Assembly (NCBI RefSeq): GCF_001447785.1
Contig: NW_015172553.1
Location: 3,153,731 to 3,217,730, forward strand
DNA: 64,000 nucleotides
From: Gekko japonicus
Lineage: Eukaryota
Direction: 5' to 3'
Part shown: piece after piece, positions 23,981 to 32,640 of the stretch
Layout: every line of letters begins with the position of its first letter
Position numbering within the stretch: the first letter of the stretch is position 1
The notes under the pieces: generated by a model
Told to the model about the DNA's origin: nothing
Seen by the model: only the letters and a program-made list of their open reading frames with translations
Databases searched by the model: none
Made by a program: the position numbers and the translations under genes

Positions 23981-24170
23981 TTTGTAGAGAAGCTGTTGTC
24001 TAACAGTAGCAAGTCATGAAAGTCAGGTGGTAGCAAGTAGCCCACTGGTTACGGGGGGGCCTGAACCCCATATCCTCCTCTAGAGGCCAAAATAGCCCTG
24101 GAAAGGGTCCTCCCCCTCCTTTTGCTGACAGAAACCAAGGTTTGAAGGTTGGCAGTACTAAGAGGGAAAT

Positions 24171-24389
24171 TAGGGTTGCCAGCCTCCAGGTGGGGCCTGG
24201 AGATCTCCTGCTTTTACAACTGATCTCCAGCTGACAGAGATCAGCTCCCCTGGAGAAAACGGCTCCTTTGAAGGGTGGACTCTGTGGCCTTGTACCATGC
24301 TGAGGTCCCTCCCCTGCCCAAACTGCGCCCTCTCCTGGATCCACCCCCAAAGTCTCCAGGTATTTCCCAACCCAGACCTGGCAACCCTA
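24171..24389. mobile_element. hAT MITE (TAGGGTTGCCAG TIR; Blackjack-like)
   Basis: TIRs TAGGGTTGCCAG / CTGGCAACCCTA. 8-bp TSD AGGGAAAT at 24163-24170 and 24390-24397. Further copies near 1274, 33068, 35623, 39004, 41000 and 41858. Confidence 0.88.
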
Positions 24390-25499
24390 AGGGAAATTGT
24401 TTTTAAAGTGACATGCACCTGGTTCTTTTAGAGGTGCAGTTGAAAGACAAGACCAACATAATACTATGACTAAGATTTACCAATTAATTTGCTTATTAAG
24501 CACTAAAGCAGAAAGGTCAGAAAGATTGTACACGGTGTGTCTAATCACCTCACCCATGATTATCTGCTGAAGGTGCCTGTCCAGTATCATTAACTGTTCA
24601 GCCTTTCTCTCCTGGTCATGAAGAACACAGTCAGGTGGCACCCAAGCTGCTTGATGTTTTCTCTCTCTTAGCCTTTCCTTTCTCCCAAGCGCTCATCCAG
24701 TCTCACGAATTCAAGGCTCAAATATAAAGGTATGTATACGTCCAAAATTATGTCTAATGGAAAAGACAAGAATAAACTGCAACGACCTTCAGGGTCAAAG
24801 TCTGTTTTGATAACGCGAATGTATCAGGCATCAAATCTTCTGTCCGTGGGCAAAGCAAGGTGAAATTCTCCCCAGCATCTCCAGACTATTCTTCCCCCTT
24901 CTTATCTGCCATGAATACTGCCTGTTGGCAGGTTCTTAAGGGAAAGTTTGCTAGACATTCTTTCGTCTTCCTTTCCAAACAATTTGCATTAAATGTTATC
25001 TCTTGCTAAAACAGAATTCTGCTTTCATATATGCACATGCCTTTAGAAGCGACACTTTCCTCTTTCTCCGCTGTATCCTCTGAGCATCATTGCTTTGGCC
25101 GTGTTCTTGATGGTACACTAGGGCCTGAAGCATTTTGGGATCCTTGGGTTCCATTTCACCCTGGCCTGGTGGAGCTGGGCTTTCTGCCATGTGCCAGTCT
25201 GAAAGGGTGGTAGCCTTTGTGGGTTTCCAAGCCCTCCTGAAAACCTGGCCTGGCTCTAATGAAAGCAAAGCCCGCAAGATCTGGAGGACTCAGCAGGCTT
25301 GGGGGTTCCAGGGGTTCAGCCTTGTCTGAAACTACACCCCCCAGCCTCTGCTGAAGAGGAGCATTTTGAGAGTGGGGTGGGTGGAAGAGGCCTGCTGCTG
25401 CAACATGGGCACGTTATGAAGGGGCTTTGGGAGAGAGGGAAGGGCACTGCCTCCCCCTGTCTGTCCCCAACAACACAGTTTTCTAATGAAGTTTGGTGT

Positions 25500-25692
25500 G
25501 TGTGTGCCATCAAGTCACAGCTAACTTCTGGTGACTCCATAGGGTTTTCAAGGAAAGAGACGTTCAGAGGTGGTTTGCCATTGCCTGCCATGTCATGACC
25601 CTGATATTTCTTGGAGGTCTTCCATCCAAATACAAGCCAGGGCCAATCCTGTTTAGCTTCCAAGATCTGTTGAGATTGGGCTAGCCTGGACA
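25500..25692 (-). mobile_element. 5S rRNA-derived SINE
   Basis: GGAGGTCTTCCATCCAAATAC...TTAGCTTCCAAGATCTG; same family as 3898-4125. Confidence 0.7.
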
Positions 25693-26446
25693 AGGTAAAA
25701 ACAACAGCTGGAAAACATGCGCCTCTGCTGGACCCTCATGCCAGGACCCACAGCTAGTGACTAGGAGCATGGGCTGCCTCTGACGGTGTGACGGACTGCA
25801 CTTTTAAGAAGCTTAGACATGCTGTGTAAACAGATAAAGGACTGTGAAGGGTTCATTCTTCACAGAGCCAGAGAGCCTTGAGTGACAGGCTGTTCCAAGA
25901 GATCTGATTGGTTAGCATCAGCTGAGCAGAGAACGGCCATTGGCACTTACCGTGAAGGGTCCTTCTCCTCTGAGGTCAGGAGGACATCTCCATGGGTTAT
26001 TCCCACCTTGCCTTTAGGGAGGCAGGAAATAGTTTCCCCCCCTTCCTGTTGGCGCCTCCGGAATAGCTCATCCCCCAGTTCTGGGACTCCGAAAGCAGTG
26101 CTTGCAGACTAACTCTAATGGCTTTGCTCTATAAAACATAACAATATCTGAAAACTTGTCAAACAGAACACTGCAGAATAAATGAGATTAGAATTGAGGA
26201 AGAAGAAAGCAGCACAGAGAAAAAAGACAATGGGAGGGCCAAGATGTCCTCCTGTAATTTCGGATTCTCAAGACTTCTGCATAATGTTTTGCAGTTACTG
26301 TATGTTTTGATATGTTATACTTGATCTTAATAAACATTTCAAAATTAAAAAAAAGAAGAGAGGAGAAGGACCCTTCGTGGTAAGTGCCAGCCGTTCTCCC
26401 TCTGAGGTGGAGGACATCTCCATGGGACCTCCCAGAGCAGTGTCCC

Positions 26447-27500
26447 TCAGTTGGGTGGGTCGTCATCTTCCTCCAACGATACAACGTGCTGAAGTATTCT
26501 TCTTCCAAACGCCGCATCCACGGATGCAACCATGTTGATCTTGTAGTGTCACACAAATGTGGACATGGCTGACCAAGTGGCAGCCTTACACACTTCCTCC
26601 ACTGAAGCTCTGTTAGCAAACGCTGCGTTGGTTGCGGCGCTCCTCAGAGAATGGGCTGTAATGCCTCTGGGAATCTCTTGCCCCAAGGCCTTGTAAACCT
26701 CTGCAATGCAGGATTTGAGGATTGAGCTTATTGCAGCTTTGGACATCTTGTCACCTTTATGCAGTGGAGAAATGCTAATAAACAAGAACTCCATCTTCCT
26801 CCAGGATTCCGTCCTCTTGATATAAATCTTGAGAGCTCTTTTAACATCCAAGGTATGCCACTCCAGCTCCTTGGGATGCTTGGGATGAGGGCAGAAGGTA
26901 GGCAGACAGATTTCCTGTGAACAATGAAATGTGGAGGATATCTTTGACTGGAAGGTTGGGTCAGTACGTAGTACCACTTTGTCTCTGTGAAAGACGCAGA
27001 GGGATGATTTGAATGACAACGCCCAAAGTTCAGAGACTCTCCTTGCGGAGGTGATGGCAACCAGGAACAAAGTTTTCATTCTCAACCCCTTCAGCCCCAC
27101 CTCTCTGAGATGCTCAAATGGTGCTCTCGTGAGTGCCTTTAGAACTGTGTTCAGCCTCCAATTCAGGAAAGCGGTGTATTTGCAGTGGTGATTTCACCAT
27201 GGCTCCCTGCAGAAAAAGTTGAATGTAAGGGTGTCTGTTAATCTTGAAAAAAAAACCCCCCAATGAAGAGAGAACTAGATAAGGCCGCTATCTGTCTGCG
27301 AAGGGTAGAAGACTTGAGACCCGTGTCCAGACCCTCCTGCAGGAAGGAAAGAATCGAGGCCACAGAAGGCAAATGAGGTTCAACCATCTTATGTCTGCAC
27401 CATCTCATGAACGCCTTCCAGGTAGTGTTGTATATGTGAACCATAGACTGGATGCAAGGATGGTATCCATGACCTGTGTGGAGTATCCTAGTTTAGCAAG
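26447..27500 (-). pseudogene. DIRS tyrosine recombinase (ORF3), frameshifted, with a nonsense codon before the catalytic Tyr
   Basis: Motifs YNTTWKAFMRWC, ITSARRVSEL (Arg), TAHSLRSAA (HxxR) and ATWSAMSTFV*HY. TGA at 26549-26551, probably a CGA>TGA change. Confidence 0.88.
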
Positions 27501-27508
27501 ATTGCACC

Positions 27509-27852
27509 CAGAGGTCATTTCGGGGGGGAACGCGGGGGAACGCAGTTCCCCCGGGTGAGGTGCAGGGGGGTGGGGCACATGACGAAGCCCCGCCCCCTGC
27601 TTCCGGGTGCCCCGCTTCCAGCCCTCATTCAGCCAGGAGGAGGCAGGAGAAGAGGGAGGGTAAGTTGCTTCCTCCCTGCCTCTCCCCACCCCTGCCTGCC
27701 TGGGGCCAGGGGGAGGGCCTTGGTGGGGCTTCCTCGCACTCCCACTGGCCTTGCAGGTCCACCGCCGGGCCCCTGATGTCAGGGGGTGTGGCATATGCTA
27801 ATGAGTTATGCTAATGAGTTCCCCTAGCTCTTTTTCTACGAAATGACCCCTG
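27509..27852. mobile_element. hAT MITE (CAGGGGTCATTTC TIR family) nested in DIRS
   Basis: TIRs CAGAGGTCATTTCG / CGAAATGACCCCTG. 8-bp TSD ATTGCACC at 27501-27508 and 27853-27860. Confidence 0.9.
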
Positions 27853-27860
27853 ATTGCACC

Positions 27861-28330
27861 GCTCAATCTCCAAGTGGTCAGACATAACCAGTCCGGATCT
27901 GGATGCCACACTGGTCCCTGAGACAGCATATCCATGGCACTGGAAGGATCAATGGTGGGAGAACAGCCATCTCCTGTAGTGCTGAGAACCACGGACGTTG
28001 GGCCCATCTTGGAGCCACCAGGATGGCTTCTGCTCTGAGCCCCCATACCCTGCGGATGGTTTTGGAGATCAGAACAAATGGTGGAAACGCAAACAGTAGG
28101 CCACGGGGCCAAGTTGCAGTGAGCGCATCCATTGCCTCCGCCTCCTGGTCGTAGTACCTGGTGAAAACCCTTGGCAGCTTGTGGTTTGTTGGTGACACAA
28201 ACAGATCCACTGACGGTCAACCAAAGTGTCTTACAATCATGCTGAAGAGCCTTGGATGGAGAGTCCATTCTCCCTCCAGAATGGTCTCCCTGCTGAGCCA
28301 ATCTGCCTGAATGTTGTCGATCCCTTTTAT
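27861..28330 (-). pseudogene. DIRS ORF2 C-terminal DNA N6-adenine methyltransferase-like domain
   Basis: DLFVSPTNHKLPRVF...DALTATW...LFAFPPF...ILVAPRWAQRPWF, the DIRS MT-domain signature; frameshifted near its end. Confidence 0.8.
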
Positions 28331-29112
28331 GTGTTCTGCCGTATGGAAGCAATGTTCCTCTCTGCCCAGGAGAGAATCTTCATTGCCTCTCTGTGTAACT
28401 GTGGAGATCGTGATCCACCCTGTTTGTTGATGTACGCCTTGGCCGAGATATTGTCTGTCCTCACCAAGACATGTTGGTTGCGCAGATGGGGGGTGAAGTG
28501 GATCATAGCCTGATTAATCACTCTGAGTTCTAAGAAGTTGATAAGTAGCGCCATCTTGTTTGAAAGCCAACTCCCCTGGACTGGAGAGCCCTCCAGTGTC
28601 ACCCCCCAACCTTGTAGACTTGCATCTGTGAAGAGTTCCCTGGTGTGGCCTACATAGTAGTCCTTGCCCGTTAACAGGCTGTCCACGTCCATCCACCAAC
28701 GTAGACTTTTCTTGACCTTGTAAGGAACCTGAAGGTTGATGCTCCTCTTTTCCATAATGAGGAGCTGGTAAGGGCGGAGAAAGACTTGTAAAGGTCTGGT
28801 GTGTACGCAAGCCCACTGTATCATGTCTATACTGGCTATCATCTGTCCCAACAACATGAGGGATGAGGCTCTGCTGCGGTATACCAATGAAGCCAAGTCC
28901 TTGAGTTTCCGGGCTTTGGACACCAGGAGGAAAAGGGCATTGCAAGTAGTGTCGATCACTGCTCCCAAATGTTCGATCCGTTGTGTTCGTAGAAGAGAAC
29001 TCTTTTAGAAGCTGATCAGGAACCCATGATCTTGAAGGCATTGTATCATTTATTTGGCGTTCTTGACGGACTCCGCCTGATTGCTAGTCTGAACCAACAG
29101 GTCATCTAGATA
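28327..29112 (-). pseudogene. DIRS ORF2 remnant: RT C-terminal part and RNase H
   Basis: YLDDLLVQ at the 29112 end, then LGAVID, LFTDASLQGWG, INFLELRVI and VLVRTDNISAKAYINKQGGSRS. Confidence 0.88.
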
Positions 29113-30224
29113 TCATGGGTATAGCCTCATGGATCGTTCTGAGTGTTGCCTCTGTCTTCTTGTCAGTGGGGTCCTTGATGGTACCCTGGCCATCTTCAGA
29201 TAGTAATCCTGAAAACTGAATCGCTGCTTCCCGGCCATCCACAGGAGACACCTGTAACAACTCATTAGCATAATTAGGCAGTGCATACAATTTTTTGGCA
29301 AATGCAGGAAACTGCTTATTGACCATGGGTTTGTCCCACTCTGCTCTGACATTCAAAATACTTTGCGAACAGAAACACCTTTTCCATATATTCCTCGTGG
29401 GGGGGGGGGACTCAGAATTACCCCTGGATTTGGACTTGAATTTGGCCACCTCTTGGTACTCTGAGGGTGGCAAATAATGAAGTTCAAGTGCCTTAATGGC
29501 TTTGGTCAGAAAATATTGATAGTTCTCTGCCTTGAAAAAATGGCTGGACTGCTCCAGGGGCTTTATTTCCTCCTCCTCCTTTCCCTCCTCCCTGTCATCT
29601 AAAGAGGAGGCAGTAGATTCCACCTCCTCCCTCCATCATTCCCCACTGGGTCTCCCCTGGTGTGTGGGGGGTGCCTTTTGAGCTGCCTTGGTAGGGAGAG
29701 GGAAATATGGTGCTTTGAGGGGAGGATTTTCGGTGGCCAGGGGCTTTAGATCTGGACTGGAATTGGGACATCTCCTGCTGGATGGTCTGCCTGATGATGG
29801 CCATCAGATCAAAGGAATGGACAAGGACCCCTTTGTCTGGCAGCTTACCCCTCTGCATGGCTGCTCCAGACTCTTCCTCCTGCTCAGAGAGGTCCAGGGA
29901 GGCGTTAGGGCATGCTCCTTCTGCCCCCACATGTCCTGAAATCACCCCTTGGAGGGTGCCGAAGCTTGAAGCTGGACCCTCAAAATGGCTGCCCGCGGCC
30001 CAAAGGTGCGCTGTAGAAATGGCAAGCTCTTCTTTTGAGGGCTGCCAGCGGTGCTCGAGGGTATGCTGTGCTGCCGCCAGTACAGCCACACTCATCGGGA
30101 CAACGCAATCTAGCCTTGAAGGCAGGTCAGCCACAGAATCGCTTTGCGTGATCGCCAGCTCTGTGGCACGTGCTGCTCCTTCGTTGTCTGAGGAGAAGCC
30201 CCCGGGAAGGTCTTTTGCCAACAT
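29102..30224 (-). pseudogene. DIRS ORF1 (gag, LAP2alpha-like domain), frameshifted and 3'-truncated
   Basis: ORFs 29595-30224 and 29102-29623. EWDKP...KKLYALP...VSPVD...KDPTDKKTEA is typical of vertebrate DIRS gag. Confidence 0.72.
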
Positions 30225-30695
30225 TGCTGCGGCCGCCGAAGACTACCTCTTTGGGTCCCAGCGATCCCTTTCAACTTCGCTCCAAACTTGGAGCAATTGA
30301 AAAGAGGGAGGGAAGGAAAGGAGAGATCAGAAGAAAAAAGGCAAGGCAAGGAAGAAGAAAAGAAGAAAAAAAGAACTACAGCTAAACCCTAGCTAGGTTT
30401 TTTGCTGCTGCTCCCTACTGAGGCAGGAATAGAATTGGAGGATGGGCTATTCCGGAGGCGCCAACAGAAAGGGCAAAAAACTATTTCTTGTCTCCCTAAA
30501 GGCACAGTGGGAATAACCCATGGAGATGTCCTCCACCTCAGAGGGAGAAATACTTCTGAACAGGATGCTGAGGAGAGAAGCAGTCTGATTTCAGCCCTAG
30601 CTGAGAAGAGTCAAGTACTGACAGTCTTGGAATTCAGCCCTGACTGAGAGCAGGGAATTAACTCTGAAGACGGAAGAGATTCCTGGTCTGATGTG

Positions 30696-31551
30696 AACAT
30701 AAGAACATAAGAGATGCCAATGTTGGATCAGGCCAAAGGCCCATCCAGTCCAACACTCTGTATCACACAGTGGCCAGAAATACCAGTGCCATCAGGAGGT
30801 CCACCAGTGGGGCTAGGACATTAGAAGCCCTCCCACTGTTGACCCCCCCAAGCACCAAGATGACAGAGCGTCACTTGCCCCAGAGTCCCTATCTATACCT
30901 TGTGGCTAATAGCCACTGATGGACTTCTGCTCCATATGCTTATCTAATTCCCTTTTGAAGCCGTCCATGCTTGTAGCCGCCACCACTTCTTGTGGCAGTG
31001 AATTCCGAGTGTTAATCACTCTTTGGGTGAAGAAGTACTTCCTTTTATCCGTTCTAACCCGACGGCTCAGCAATTTCATTGAGTGCCCACGAGTTCTTGT
31101 ATTGTGAGAAAGGGAGAAAAGTACCTCTTTCTCTACCTGATCTTTCCCATGCATAATCTTATAAACCTCAATCATGTCACCCCTCAGTCGTCGTTTCTCC
31201 AAGCTAAAGAGCCCTAAGCGCCTTAACCTTTCCTCATAGGGAAAGTGTTCCAACCCTTTTATCATTCGAGTTGCCCCTTTCTGCACTTTCTCCAAAGCTA
31301 TAATATCCTTTTTAAGGTGTGGTGACCAGAACTGCACACAGTATTCCAAATGAGGTCGCACCATTGTTTTATATAGGGGCATTATGATATTGGCTGATCT
31401 GTTTTCAATACCCTTCCTAATAATCCCCAGCATAGCATTGGCCTTCTTTATTGCAGTCACACACTGTCTCGACATTTTCAGTGAATTATCTACTACAACT
31501 CCAAGATCTCTCTCTTGATCAGTCTCTGCCAGTTCAGACCCCATCAACGTG
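30696..31551 (-). mobile_element. CR1 LINE, 3' part (ORF2 C-terminus, 3' UTR, TTCTTATG repeats)
   Basis: The 213-aa ORF 30906-31547 (RDLGVVVD...RPHLEYCVQFWSP...LEKRRLRGDMIEVYKI) is CR1 ORF2. It runs into the N gap. Confidence 0.92.
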
Positions 31552-31873
31552 NNNNNNNNNNNNNNNNNNNNNNNNNNNNNNNNNNNNNNNNNNNNNNNNN
31601 NNNNNNNNNNNNNNNNNNNNNNNNNNNNNNNNNNNNNNNNNNNNNNNNNNNNNNNNNNNNNNNNNNNNNNNNNNNNNNNNNNNNNNNNNNNNNNNNNNNN
31701 NNNNNNNNNNNNNNNNNNNNNNNNNNNNNNNNNNNNNNNNNNNNNNNNNNNNNNNNNNNNNNNNNNNNNNNNNNNNNNNNNNNNNNNNNNNNNNNNNNNN
31801 NNNNNNNNNNNNNNNNNNNNNNNNNNNNNNNNNNNNNNNNNNNNNNNNNNNNNNNNNNNNNNNNNNNNNNNNN
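31552..31873. other. Assembly gap (322 N)
   Basis: Run of N. Confidence 1.
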
Positions 31874-32369
31874 CTTCTAGAAACCAAAAGAGTCAGAGAA
31901 TACTCCAGGAAAGTGTACTAGAGTGTTTGGGGAAAACACTGGAACAAAAGCCTCTCAACATCAAGATTTAAGTCACTGTGAAAAGCTTAAGAAACTCTCA
32001 TTAGCCTGAAACATAAGAACTGAAGTCTGTGCCTGTACTGGTTTTACCTCAGACGTTTCGGCCCCTGATTTCACCTGACCTTTCCCCTCTATGTAATATA
32101 AAATATTTTATTTTTGAATTTCAAAAAACCTTGAGTTGTTTAAGTTAAAATGAACTCCTGGTCCTTCCCTCAAGTTCCTGGGCTGAGCCCCACAACCAAA
32201 ATATTTCCTCTGACAGGGTGGCACAGCCAGAGTTCTTCAGCAAAGAATTACCAAGAATTCAGCAAAGAATTACCAAGGCAGCTCAGTCAGTAAAGGGAAA
32301 GAAAAACAGAGGGGAAACCTTGCCTCTGAGGGAGGGAAGTAGATGGGGCCATCATAGAGGGGGATGCTA

Positions 32370-32640
32370 TATCTTTTATCAGGGATGCAAGGGAGGAGCC
32401 AGCTCCAGGGATTCGCAAATAGAAGCTACTCTGTCAGAGCAATGGGAACCCTGAACTCCCTGGCTGAGTTAATAATAATGGGGATTTTACAGTCCTGGCC
32501 CAGCCTGATTGGTTTCCCAACTGTCAGACCAGGGCTGCTCATAACAGGAAGCCAGGGCAAAGGAGGACATGCTACTCCAGCCCAGTGGGTCTCACCCTTC
32601 TCAAGGAGTCTGCCACCGCAGTCCAGGAACAGCTTACAAA
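32370..32640 (+). promoter_or_regulatory. NPC1L1 proximal promoter (non-CpG, tissue-specific type)
   Basis: GATA TTATCA 32376-32381; HNF1-like GTTAATAATAATG 32468-32480; reverse CCAAT ATTGG 32508-32512; TATA-like CATAACA 32540-32546; directly upstream of the signal-peptide exon. Confidence 0.55.

Larger units (their letters stand above)
25931..30549 (-). mobile_element. DIRS1-like tyrosine-recombinase retrotransposon, internally deleted and decayed
   Basis: ITRs 25963-26082 and 30431-30549; 3' extension 25931-25962; ICR 26242-26426. GAA/TTC trinucleotide at both ends with no TSD. Remnants of gag, RT (YLDD), RNase H, methyltransferase-like and YR coding regions. Confidence 0.93.
25787..32225 (+). 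mobile_element. Putative solo LTR interrupted by the DIRS and CR1 insertions
   Basis: Begins TGTGACGG with a CTGATTGG box. Sequence continues across the DIRS insertion point (GCAGAGAA|ATACTT) and after the gap to ...TGACA or ...GGCACA. No TSD confirmed, so boundaries are uncertain. Confidence 0.35.

Noticed and set aside
31451-31971. ORFs spanning X runs
   Set aside because: Artefacts of the N gap.
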